Shown here in pieces: positions 43,104 through 53,732 of a stretch of 64,000 nucleotides of DNA. Position 1 is the first letter of the stretch. Every line of letters starts with the position of its first letter. Source of the DNA: Octopus vulgaris (lineage: Eukaryota). Under the pieces are notes generated by a model that was not told the origin of the DNA, ran no database searches, and saw only the letters and a list, made by a program, of their open reading frames with translations. The position numbers and the translations under genes were made by a program. The stretch is taken from NCBI GenBank assembly GCA_951406725.2, contig OX597820.1, positions 51,398,001-51,462,000 of the forward strand. Direction: 5' to 3'.

Positions 43104-43878
43104 TTATCTGTGTTTCTAAAGTTAGCTGTTTGTTAGTTATATATATATATAGAGAGAGAGAGAGAGGGTCAGAGACTGACAGACTGACATGCTAACACAC
43201 GCACACACACTCACACACACACAAACAAACAAGCACACACACAAAGCGAGAGAGAGAGAGGGCTATAAAGATGTAGTGTGATAGATAATGGTCTGTATGT
43301 ATGGTAAATGATTCAAGATAATCGACATTTATCATGTATCATCTAAAAAATTTCCATTCTTTTCTTTATGAATGTATTTCTTGCATACATGATGATAATA
43401 TTGGGTTAACAGAAAATACAATGGCTATTAATTAAAGGAAATACAGTATATCATTTTTTACATTACATGTACTTGTTACCACAAAGATTTGTCTTTCAAA
43501 CAGCAGAAAGTATCAATTTACTGTGTTTAGAGAGATTTTTCTTCTTTTCTTTATCCTACCTGACCCTATATTACTCTACTGTCTTTTCGTAATTTTATCA
43601 ATGGAATATTTTCCTCTTTCCTTTTGCACTTCACCTTCTATTCATCGACATATTTTTTTCTTCTGTGACGAAGTGTATTGCGCCCAGGAGATGACTGCTC
43701 GGATTCTTGCCACTGTTTGCACTTTTCAAGAAATATTATTGTTGCTCTTCTTTTATCGTAAGATATATATATAAGGTAGACCAGTAGGCATGGGTATTGA
43801 GCAGTAGTAATAAAACGAAGAGGTGGTGGTTTCAAATCTCTTCCAGAAATTACAAATGATCTACTTAAATATTACATA

Positions 43879-44190
43879 GGCGCAGTAAGGCGGTGTGGTA
43901 AGTAGCTTGCTTACCAACCAGACTTGGACGAATGTGTGTGCATGTGTGTGAGTGTGTGTGTGTGTGTGCGCGCGTCTGTATGCGTGCGCGTGTTTGTCCC
44001 AGCAACATCGCTTGACAACCGATACTGGTGTGCTTACGTCACCGCAACATAGTGGTTCGGCAAAACAAACCGATACAATAAGTACTAGGATTACAAATAA
44101 TTACAGAGAATAAGACCTGGGGTTGATTTGTTCTACTAAAGATGGTGCTCCAGCATGGACATAGTCAAATGACTAAAACAAGTAAAACAA
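43879..44190 (+). mobile_element. Family A SINE, internally deleted
   Basis: GTGTGGTAAGTAGCTTGCTTACCAACC head, TG repeat, 3' half and tail. Confidence 0.85.
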
Positions 44191-44215
44191 TAAAGGAATA
44201 ATTATATATTATATT

Positions 44216-44407
44216 ATTCGTTTCAGGCATTTAACTGCTGCTATGCTGGGGCACCGCGTTTAGTCGAACAAATCTACCCCAGGACTTATTCTCAGTAAGT
44301 CTAGTACTTATTCTAATGGTCTGTTTTGCCGATACACTAAATTACGGGGACGTAAGCGCACCACCATCGGTTGTCAAGTGAGGTCGATAGGATAAATACA
44401 CACGCGT

Positions 44408-44440
<33 letters not shown>

Positions 44441-44535
44441 AATTTTCTTTCAGTTCCCGTCTACCAAATCCACTCACAAGGATTTGGTCGGACTGAGGCT
44501 ATAGTAGAAGACACTTGACATAGGTGCCACACAGG
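44216..44535 (-). mobile_element. Family A SINE lacking the head
   Basis: Reverse complement of family A body and tail. Confidence 0.85.
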
Positions 44536-44549
44536 TATAACTCCTGCAC

Positions 44550-44605
<56 letters not shown>

Positions 44606-44762
44606 ATATATGTATGTATGTAAGTATATATATATATATATATAATTATATATATATATATATAAATATATATATATATGTACATATGTATATACATATA
44701 TATAGATATATATATATGGACATATATATAAATTATATCTATATGTTTATATACATATATAT

Positions 44763-44793
<31 letters not shown>

Positions 44794-44796
<3 letters not shown>

Positions 44797-45015
44797 AAAT
44801 AGTAAAAAGTGAAAAGACTACAGAAGGCTTGTTTTAAAAGGTTAAAAAAATATATATTTGGGTCAATATGTCTGAAGAATATTATAATTTTTTTTCCTTA
44901 CAATGACATAATTTAGAAGAAATTATTATATTTTTCAGACATATTGACTCAAATATATATTTTTTAACCTTTTAAAACAAGCCTTCTGTAGTCTTTTCAC
45001 TTTTTACTATTTTCT
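44794..45015. repeat. Long inverted repeat (~100-bp arms)
   Basis: AGAAAATAGTAAAAAGTGAAAAGACTACAGAAGGCTTG... and its reverse complement, with few mismatches. Confidence 0.9.
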
Positions 45016-45049
45016 ATATATTCAACCACGTGCTTTCACAAACCTACTT

Positions 45050-45104
<55 letters not shown>

Positions 45105-45186
45105 TAAAAAGAATTCCAACCTTGTGCATAAATAAATGTGCATACGCATATATGTACGTACACACACACACACATATATATATATT

Positions 45187-45987
45187 TATATTAATAAAAA
45201 GAATTCCAACCTTGTCTGATTTTCACGTTTTATTTACAATCTTATAATGATATATTATAAGATAATATATTATAATTGAATAAAATAAAACGAAATAGTA
45301 GAATGTTAAATATTCATTCTGATTGAACTAGTACTTTCATGCATTGAATTCTGCAATCTTCGGGTTCATGTAGTAGTGTTGACAGTCATGCTTCACAATT
45401 TTTGACTGTAGCAAGATGATTGATTCTGTGCTATAAATACAGCTGGGAGAGGCTCCAGAGTGCTAGGTTTTGCAAACTGTATTCTGACCAATCAGTGTGT
45501 AGTATCACTCAATTACTTAAGCTGATTGGTTGGTTGAGCTGATTGGTTTAGGCATCACGCTTTGTTGGACATGTCAAGAGTCCTGTATCTTGACCCTGGC
45601 CGAAGCAGCAATTGTTGAGTTATTTTTAGAAATGTTGTAAATATCCTTTGTCAGAGATTTTTATATTTTTATATTTCAATTGTCATCATCATCATTGTCA
45701 GCACCTTAATTATTGTTGCTAGTGGTGATGGTGGTGGCAATAGAACTTTTAACCCTAAATAAGATAATTTTCCTGCTATCTTCATCTTGATCACCTTTAG
45801 TATTGTTGTTGTTGTTAGTGGTCATGGTCGTAGCAGTGGAAGTAATACCTCTAAGTATTATTATTATTGCTTATTTAGCTTGGGTTCGAATTTATCAATA
45901 AAATTCTTTTCTCTGATTTTCCTCTCGATTTCACTTGGGCTGTGTAATTTGTAGAATGGAAATATTATATATATTTTCCGACCACAT
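45187..45987 (-). repeat. 3' pseudo-LTR of the PLE
   Basis: Matches 49452-50252 at constant offset 4265; only about two mismatches noticed by eye. Confidence 0.95.
45324..45368 (-). ncRNA. Candidate minimal type I hammerhead ribozyme in the 3' pLTR
   Basis: Identical copy of the 49589-49633 motif. Confidence 0.65.
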
Positions 45988-47771
45988 GTTGCTAGGTGGT
46001 TACTCAAAGGTATCTGACGGACCTCTGGGTCTCTAATCTGTTGCCGGTGTACACGTGAGCGTTCTAATAGTGCGTTTCCCGTCTGACCTACATATATTTC
46101 TTCACAATTTGGGCATTTGATGCAGTAAATTAAATTTCTGCTTTTGCAGTTCATATTCGCGTTTGTGAATATTTTCCCGGTTTTTGTGTTTATATATTGA
46201 CCGGTATGTATGAATTGGCATGTGCCACATCGGCTATCATTGCATTTAGATACCGTGAATGTTTGGTCTTTGTTGCTGAGGTCAAATTTTGCCTTTGTTA
46301 GTAATGTTTTCAAGTTTTTAGGCTGTCTTTTACTAAGCACCTTAGCTCGATCCGTGATTATGTCTTTTAATTCATTACTTTGGGCAATGATTGGTAGGTT
46401 TGCTTTGGCAATGTTGAAGATATTCTGGTGACATGGGTTGTGTGTCACTATGAATGGTATGACTTGTTCTTGTTTTCCTCTTCCTTGGGTTGTCCTAAGT
46501 TGTATGGGTATTTTTATAGCCCGCTGTATGCCATTTTCTATAAGTAGAGATGGGTATTTTTGTTTGAGCAAAAATTCTCTTAGTTCTATTAGGCGTTTGT
46601 TCCTGATATTTGCATCTTCTACAATAGTACAAATTCTTCTGGCTAGGCAGTATGGGATGTTACGTTTTGTATGTGGTGGATGGCACGACTTAAAATTTAG
46701 GTATTGATGTGTGTCTGTGTGTTTATAGTATATATCTGTGGTGATGGTGGTGTCTTTTTTAATTACCATTATATCCAGGAATGGTAATTTGGTACTACTC
46801 ATCTCCTTTGTAAATTGGAGAGATGGGTGTAGGTTGTTCAGGAGGATATTGAACTCTTCCAGAGTATTTAGAGATTCTGTCCAGATTATGAAACAGTCGT
46901 CTAGGTATCTCGTCCATGCCTTTTCAATATACTTTCTAAATCTAGTGCCATAGTTTACCTCCACCTCTTGGTAGAGTTGTTCTTCTAAGTATCCCATTAC
47001 AGAGTTGGCGTAAACGGGAGCAAACCTCGTTCCCATCGCCGTGCCTCTAATTTGGATGTAATTCTTTCCATTGAAGAAGAATGTGTTATTTTCTAGAATA
47101 AGTTTGACTGTGTCTAATATAAATGGCACTGTGAATCTGCTAGGAATCACTTCTCTATGTTTTTCTAACCAGTATTTAATCGCCTTTATTCCTAAATCGT
47201 GTGGAATATTGGTGTAGAGGCTTACCACATCAAAACTTAGTAAAACTGAATTTGTTTCTGTTGTTTTGGGAAGATGGGACAGGAAGTCGATGTCATCCCT
47301 TATGAAACTTGGTATGTAAGTACATAGTGGTTTCAAAACAATGTCAATAAAATTGCTTAGACGGTGTGTAGGGCATGCTGGACCAGCTATAATAGGTCTA
47401 AGTTTTAGGTCTTTTGGATGTAATAATTTTATGTACTCACTTTCTTGTTCTTTTACTGCCTGTTGAATGTTTTTTGATTTGTGTATTTTTGGTAAGCCGT
47501 AGAAGTTGCTGGGTTTTGGTTCAAAATTGGTGATGTAGTCTTTTTCATTATCCGTAAGTGAGTTGTGGTGTGTTGAAATCAGGTTGTTGATCTTTTTCAT
47601 GATGTGGTGGTCTATATTTGCGGGTATTTCACAATAGAAGGTTGTATCCTTCAGTTGGTCTTCAACCAAATCCTTATAGTATTCGGTATCCATAATAACA
47701 ATTGCACCACCTTTATCTACTTGTTTAATTATTATTGTTTGATCGTTTTGTATACGTTTACATGCAGACAT
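45864..47771 (-). CDS. PLE reverse transcriptase + GIY-YIG endonuclease (frame stays open upstream to 48110)
   Basis: Motifs VDKGG, FYGLPKIHK, LRPII, FDVVSLYTNIP, GTAMGT, RYLDD, LPFLD; Cys linker CNDSRCGTC; LIYCIKC..IYVGQT..R..H nuclease motif. The 113 in-frame codons upstream encode IINLSKRDLDNDEIQLLSKGLKFTPTP, the conserved PLE N-terminal motif. Confidence 0.95.
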   Translation of the reverse strand: MSACKRIQNDQTIIIKQVDKGGAIVIMDTEYYKDLVEDQLKDTTFYCEIPANIDHHIMKKINNLISTHHNSLTDNEKDYITNFEPKPSNFYGLPKIHKSKNIQQAVKEQESEYIKLLHPKDLKLRPIIAGPACPTHRLSNFIDIVLKPLCTYIPSFIRDDIDFLSHLPKTTETNSVLLSFDVVSLYTNIPHDLGIKAIKYWLEKHREVIPSRFTVPFILDTVKLILENNTFFFNGKNYIQIRGTAMGTRFAPVYANSVMGYLEEQLYQEVEVNYGTRFRKYIEKAWTRYLDDCFIIWTESLNTLEEFNILLNNLHPSLQFTKEMSSTKLPFLDIMVIKKDTTITTDIYYKHTDTHQYLNFKSCHPPHTKRNIPYCLARRICTIVEDANIRNKRLIELREFLLKQKYPSLLIENGIQRAIKIPIQLRTTQGRGKQEQVIPFIVTHNPCHQNIFNIAKANLPIIAQSNELKDIITDRAKVLSKRQPKNLKTLLTKAKFDLSNKDQTFTVSKCNDSRCGTCQFIHTGQYINTKTGKIFTNANMNCKSRNLIYCIKCPNCEEIYVGQTGNALLERSRVHRQQIRDPEVRQIPLSNHLATCGRKIYIIFPFYKLHSPSEIERKIREKNFIDKFEPKLNKQ

Positions 47772-48110
47772 CTCTGATTTGCTAATGTTTGGCCTAACAT
47801 TGGTATTGCGTCTAAGGGGAAATTTAGATAGGATATCAATGTATTGGTCAAGGTAGTTATTTCTTCCTTTTGGTGGGGTGAAATTTGATTTATTCCTTAC
47901 TAGGGATTCATCAATCTCATTACTTTTGTTAGCGAAGAATTCTACAAGTCGTAATTTTCGACAGAATTTTTGGATATCCTCCTTTAATTCTTGGTGGTTG
48001 GCTGTTGGTGTAGGTGTGAATTTCAGTCCTTTTGACAGAAGTTGGATTTCATCATTGTCAAGATCTCTTTTTGATAAATTAATTATTTTAGGATCTATAC
48101 GTTCAGTTGT

Positions 48111-49385
48111 TTAGGGTATGTTTCCTCTTGGATTTTCTTTCTCCGGTGTTTGTTGTCCTGACGTAAAAAAATGGATTTTTTTCTGGTTATGATTTATATT
48201 CCTGTTGATGTTTGCTTGATCAATTTTGCGTTTTGGTTGTGGTACTTTACTTGGTTTCGTTATGCTTTCTGTCTTGTTTTTGGTATTATGTATGCTACTT
48301 TTCAACTTCTTGTTAGCATTGTTTTTAACCACCTGGAGAAATGATCTGGGTTTACTTCTAGATCTAGATCGGTTTTTTGTCCAGTTTCTTGTGGGTAATC
48401 TCTGTTGAGGTCTTGAAAATGATCTCCTGTTATTTCTACTGCTACTGGTCTGTTCAAAACAATATCTATTTTGTTTGTGCTTTTTGTTCATGTTGTGTGC
48501 ATTAGGGTGTTTGCATACAAAATGGGAAGAGTTCTTACCGTAGTTCGTCTTCGATTCGTGGTGAAACGGGTGTTCATGTTGCCACGTGTTCTGGTGTATG
48601 TTGCGTTGGTGAGGTTGTCCACTTTTAATGCTATTTCTCGGAGTTCTGGTGTCTTTACCGTAATTTGTAGCATATTTGTCGAGAAATAATTGTTTCTGCT
48701 GCCAAAACTTTCTTGATCTGCTTTCTTCTTTTGAGATATCTCTGATCCATAGTTCTCGCATTTTTTCTGCTATATTGCCGGTCGTTAGTTTGAATATTTC
48801 ATCTCTGATTTGATCATCGATAGCTTCGTATTTGGCTTTGTAGCGGGATTGTTTAGACAGGGTAATGGAGATGTCGGTCCTGAATTTTATCAAACTAAGG
48901 TCCCATCGAAGTTTAGTTTCTTCCTCTGGTTCTCCTGCAATTTCTTTAATTAGGTACTTCCGAGGAAGTATGGGTGCCGCTAAAGATATCCATTTCGAAT
49001 GTATTTCAGCATATTTTTCGCATTTATATGCCTTCCAGAAGTTTTGTTTTCTTATGTTAAGGAGTTTTTTCCATGTCTTCTGTATCTCTTCTCTTTTTAG
49101 GTGTGCCTCTTTTTCCAGATTTCTTTCGTTTATTTCTGACATCCGAGGAGGTTGTGGTAGGCTTTCTCTTGTAGATTTTATAATTGTTGGTATCATTTCA
49201 GCTAAATTCTTAATTTCAGAGTTTATGTGTTCATTTCCAAGTTTTCCGTCTGTAGACTGTTTTTCTATTTCCTTTAAAATAGAGGATTGTGTGTCAATCA
49301 TCGTGATGAGTGTTGATAATTTCGATGAAATTTCCATTAGAATTCTTTCTGATTCTGTTAATTTTGTTTGTTGCTTTCCAGACAT
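48111..49385 (-). CDS. PLE ORF1: 424-aa protein, helical/coiled-coil-like N-terminal part, basic Arg/Ser/Lys-rich C-terminal part
   Basis: Long non-repetitive ORF between the upstream pLTR and the RT, in the same frame as the RT; RSRSRS and K/N-rich tail. Confidence 0.75.
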   Translation of the reverse strand: MSGKQQTKLTESERILMEISSKLSTLITMIDTQSSILKEIEKQSTDGKLGNEHINSEIKNLAEMIPTIIKSTRESLPQPPRMSEINERNLEKEAHLKREEIQKTWKKLLNIRKQNFWKAYKCEKYAEIHSKWISLAAPILPRKYLIKEIAGEPEEETKLRWDLSLIKFRTDISITLSKQSRYKAKYEAIDDQIRDEIFKLTTGNIAEKMRELWIRDISKEESRSRKFWQQKQLFLDKYATNYGKDTRTPRNSIKSGQPHQRNIHQNTWQHEHPFHHESKTNYGKNSSHFVCKHPNAHNMNKKHKQNRYCFEQTSSSRNNRRSFSRPQQRLPTRNWTKNRSRSRSKPRSFLQVVKNNANKKLKSSIHNTKNKTESITKPSKVPQPKRKIDQANINRNINHNQKKIHFFTSGQQTPEKENPRGNIP

Positions 49386-49588
49386 GTTGGCATATACACA
49401 ATAGGAATATAGATATATATATATGGGTGTGTGTGATTGTGTATAGAAGAGTATATTAATAAAAAGAATTCCAACCTTGTCTGATTTTCACGTTTTATTT
49501 ACAATCTTATAATGATATATTATAAGATAATATATTATAATTGAATAAAATAAAATGAAATAGTAGAATGTTAAATATTCATTCTGAT

Positions 49589-49633
49589 TGAACTAGTACT
49601 TTCATGCATTGAATTCTGCAATCTTCGGGTTCA
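49589..49633 (-). ncRNA. Candidate minimal type I hammerhead ribozyme (variant core) in the 5' pLTR
   Basis: Minus strand TGAAC-CCGAAGA-TTGCA.gaattcaa.TGCAT-GAAA-GTAC-TA-GTTCA: stem I TGAAC/GTTCA, CUGANGA-like core with U4C, stem II TGCA/TGCA, palindromic short stem III. Confidence 0.65.
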
Positions 49634-49696
49634 TGTAGTAGTGTTGACAGTCATGCTTCACAATTTTTGACTGTAGCAAGATGATTGATTCTGTGC

Positions 49697-49811
49697 TATA
49701 AATACAGCTGGGAGAGGCTCCAGAGTGCTAGGTTTTGCAAACTGTATTCTGACCAATCAGTGTGTAGTATCACTCAATTACTTAAGCTGATTGGTTGGTT
49801 GAGCTGATTGG
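49697..49811 (-). promoter_or_regulatory. Putative pLTR Pol II promoter (CCAAT boxes + TATA-like element)
   Basis: Two ACCAATCAGC motifs on the minus strand, one CCAAT on the plus strand, then TATTTATA (TATAAATA on plus) about 65 nt upstream of the hammerhead; copy at 45432-45546. Confidence 0.45.
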
Positions 49812-50995
49812 TTTAGGCATCACGCTTTGTTGGACATGTCAAGAGTCCTGTATCTTGACCCTGGCCGAAGCAGCAATTGTTGAGTTATTTTTAGAAATGT
49901 TGTAAATATCCTTTGTCAGAGATTTTTATATTTTTATATTTCAATTGTCATCATCATCATTGTCAGCACCTTAATTATTGTTGCTAGTGGTGATGGTGGT
50001 GGCAATAGAACTTTTAACCCTAAATAAGATAATTTTCCTGCTATCTTCATCTTGATCACCTTTAGTATTGTTGTTGTTGTTAGTGGTCATGGTCGTAGCA
50101 GTGGAAGTAATACCTCTAAGTATTATTATTATTGCTTATTTAGCTTGGGTTCGAATTTATCAATAAAATTCTTTTCTCTGATTTTCCTCTCGATTTCACT
50201 TGGGCTGTGTAATTTGTAGAATGAAAATATTATATATATTTTCCGACCACATATAGAAGATCAGGCCCTCATTTGTATGGGCTGTGGAAGTGAATTAGTT
50301 TCATTCAAAGTTGGGAGTAGGTCTACAATTGGAACTCATCAGCATGCCAACACTTGATGGACTATGAGGATTAATGAATTACATGTAAGATTACGCCAAG
50401 AAATATGATTCTTGGATATTAACGCAGTTCTCTCGAATCAGTCATATTGAAGTTTATTTCTTGCCACAATTGTTCGTAGCAGTAAAGCATGAATATCAAA
50501 CATGCATTAAATGAAATAGAAAACCTGTTATAAAGGCTGTGATCAAATACTTATAATATTTGCCGGAGAGCCATATAAATCAACGAGTATACAGAATATC
50601 GGAAACGCAGTCACCACCCTCATCATGCATCTATTTCTTGCGAGTTATCTAGCATCTTAGTTTACCTTTTATTCGAAAGTAAAAATATAATCTTGTTAGA
50701 TGAACATCAATCGATCTCCCGTCAGTCGTGGTTAAAGCCTTTTTTCCTAATTGGCTCTAGGTATAAATACATATGCATGCATCTTATAACATATACCTAT
50801 ATGTATATAGACAGACGGACATACAGATACATATTAAGATAGATAGATAGATAGGCAGACAGATAGATAGACATACATACAGAGAGAAAGAGAGACAGAC
50901 ATATAGATATATAGATACATACATACATACATACAAACATACATACATACATACATTCATACATTCATACATACATACATACATACATACATACA

Positions 50996-51028
<33 letters not shown>

Positions 51029-51089
51029 CACACACCTCCGTCCTCGTTACACGAGAAAGGCCATTGCCAAGAAACACTTACTGAAATGA

Positions 51090-51641
51090 TACATGATTAT
51101 TGTCATGTGATGCCCTTATATGACTTATAAGCCCGAGCAAGCTTTAACACATTGTATTACATACTACACAACTCTGATGGCTGGCAGGAGAAATACTTCC
51201 ACCATATGCACACTCTTGAAATGTCTTTTTAGACCTCCAACTGAGAGGCACATCCTTCCACTTTTGACACACGTTCTGTTACGAATTTTAATAGCCTCAT
51301 CATTGTTTATCATGGGTCCATTTCTTTGAGAATTTTGATGGTTCACCCGGCCTGGACGACTCCAACACCTCCGCCCACAAATCACACATATAAAAACCAA
51401 CACTCTGTCACTTTCCACAGGTACCCCCTACTAAGCTCTTTCCTAATTCTCTCATACTTCACTCTCTTCCTCTCAAACTTTGAACTGCCATCAAGCACTA
51501 ACTTCCTCCATCCATTACAGTCTTGTATCTCCCTCTCCCCATTACCAGCTGCAATTCCTGTCTGTATTAGTGTCTTTTAAGGCAATCTTTAAACCTTAGT
51601 TTAGGCTTATGCGCTTGTCTCCTGCCATATCCTAGCTCACC
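51090..51641 (-). mobile_element. RTE-like LINE 3' end
   Basis: YGELGYGRR..KPKLRFKDCLK followed by C..CGR.C.SR.G...H zinc-knuckle-like motifs; flanked by (CATA)n. Confidence 0.75.
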
Positions 51642-53624
51642 ATACATACATACATACATACATACATACATACATACATGCATACATACATAATACATAC
51701 ATACATACATACATACATACATACATACATACATACATACATACATGCATACATACATACATACATATAAAACTGTTTCTATTTAGATATTGCACTTTAT
51801 CCCTGATCTGTATTTTGTCTGTATTTTTTTCTTTAATGATAATAATAGGGGCTGCTAGACTTTTTTTAAAATCTTAGTTTTAACCATTCATTGCATTCTG
51901 GTTCCCTACTTTTTACGTGCTCCTCTTCTTTTCAACCGACTTTATAGTAGTTATATATATCTTTCTACATATTTCAATTCTTTCATATTTTACTTCTTTC
52001 TACATATTTTACTTGTAGCTAATATACCTAGCTTCTAGCTAATATAAACTGCTACATATTGTACTTCGCCAAACTATTTTACATCTCTCGCACTACAGAA
52101 AATAACCCGCATGGGACTCAAATCACTCATGCATTACTCTTACTCTTTCTCTCATATCTGGTCCTCTTTATCACTTCTCTTCCTAATCATTTCTAATTTT
52201 GATGAATAATGTTATGACATCTATAATTTTTTATATCTTCCTAGAATGGACAAGTGATAAAACTGTTTACTTCCCTTCTCAAAGCATTAAACGTCTTCCG
52301 TTTTAAGCAGTAATCAAAGGAATTTATTGTTGGCTATATATTTTAATGAGGTAACGCATAGGTTTAGAGTTGAAATCAATTTTCGTAGATTTGTCGATGT
52401 TTTATTGCATATGTACTGATAATTATTAGTAAGGTTGAATCAAAATGGCCGGTTACCGAAACTCTACATAACCACCAGTAGTGTGAGGTAAGTGCACTAG
52501 TAAAGTTATTTAGTAAGCATTCCATTTAAAGAGTGCTGAGTCTACAGATACAGATAAGATGTGAGGTGATATGAAATGAGATCAGTCTACACATTATATG
52601 ACAAGTTATAATAAACAACTTCTGATATCTGATAAAACTATGAAAGAATGAAAATCATGAGAGAGCATCTGAGAAATTAAGAATCCAGATTTTTATACCT
52701 GGAAGTTCAGGTCAAAGGATTGAATAGTGGCACTATGCATTACTATGCAATTTGTATTCTTAGCTCAAGCTACACAGAAGACAGAACTTCACAATTCATT
52801 AATATCCCGAGGGGTATTCACCCATTAAGTCAAATAAGGTGACCTATCAAGAACAATCACAGAAATCTAATCTGATATTGAGCCTAAAAAAGGCTTAATA
52901 TCATTATCATTGTTGCTCTTGTTGCTGTCGCAGTTATACCCTTTAATGTAATTACAGGGCGTGGTCTTGAGTGAAGTTTATAATATACGACCTCAAATCC
53001 CCACCAACCTGACTTCAAACCATAATGAACTGAAATGAAAACATAAAAAATTATATTTTAATATCAGGAATAATATGAATATTATAAAATAAAAATGGAA
53101 ATCTATCATGAAGGTTCGACCGATCAATCAATCAATGAGAAATATCGTACTGTTGTTTTGTTTAGCTTTATAATTTTTATTTGACGGTGATATGATATTT
53201 TGTTGTTGGTTATTTTTTTGTAAACATTAATCCAATCTTGTGTCACGTGGTAAACTTCTTTAATCTCATTGATTGGATTACAAAGTAGCTATCAATTTTT
53301 AATCAATTTCGTCTGCTTTACAAAAGAAAAGAAATAATGACACAAAGACTCGGAGGAACACGCGCATACACATTTAATCACACGTTATTCATATAAATGT
53401 TCGTGTTAAGCACATTCTTTGCGTTGAAGCGTGACACACAATGGAACCTACGCATACAGATGGAAGAGACAAAACTCCTTCTCACATATACGTAACCATA
53501 TATTGAAACATATATATATATATACGCATACACATACATATATATATTAATATATATATATATATATATATACATATATATATTAATATATATTTATATA
53601 TACATATATATACATATATATATA

Positions 53625-53669
<45 letters not shown>

Positions 53670-53695
53670 GTATATATACATTCATATATATTTAA

Positions 53696-53732
<37 letters not shown>

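Larger units (their letters stand above)
45187..50252 (-). mobile_element. Penelope-like retroelement (Neptune-type, C-terminal GIY-YIG), near full length, with two direct pseudo-LTRs
   Basis: Direct repeats 45187-45987 and 49452-50252 flank ORF1 and an RT-EN ORF; the repeat includes the 3' end of the EN ORF, typical of PLE partial-tandem structure; 3' end abuts a TA/CA microsatellite. Confidence 0.95.
49452..50252 (-). repeat. 5' pseudo-LTR of the PLE (5'-truncated tandem copy starting inside the EN coding end)
   Basis: Direct repeat of 45187-45987. Confidence 0.95.

Noticed and set aside
48111-48113. Selenocysteine recoding as in Naiad PLEs
   Set aside because: The stop is TAA, not TGA, and the endonuclease is C-terminal
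48865-49404. 179-aa plus-strand ORF and other antisense ORFs in the PLE
   Set aside because: Shadow ORFs opposite a long coding frame
45187-50252. LTR retrotransposon interpretation of the direct repeats
   Set aside because: No TG...CA ends, PBS, protease or integrase; the RT and GIY-YIG are PLE type and the repeat overlaps the ORF end
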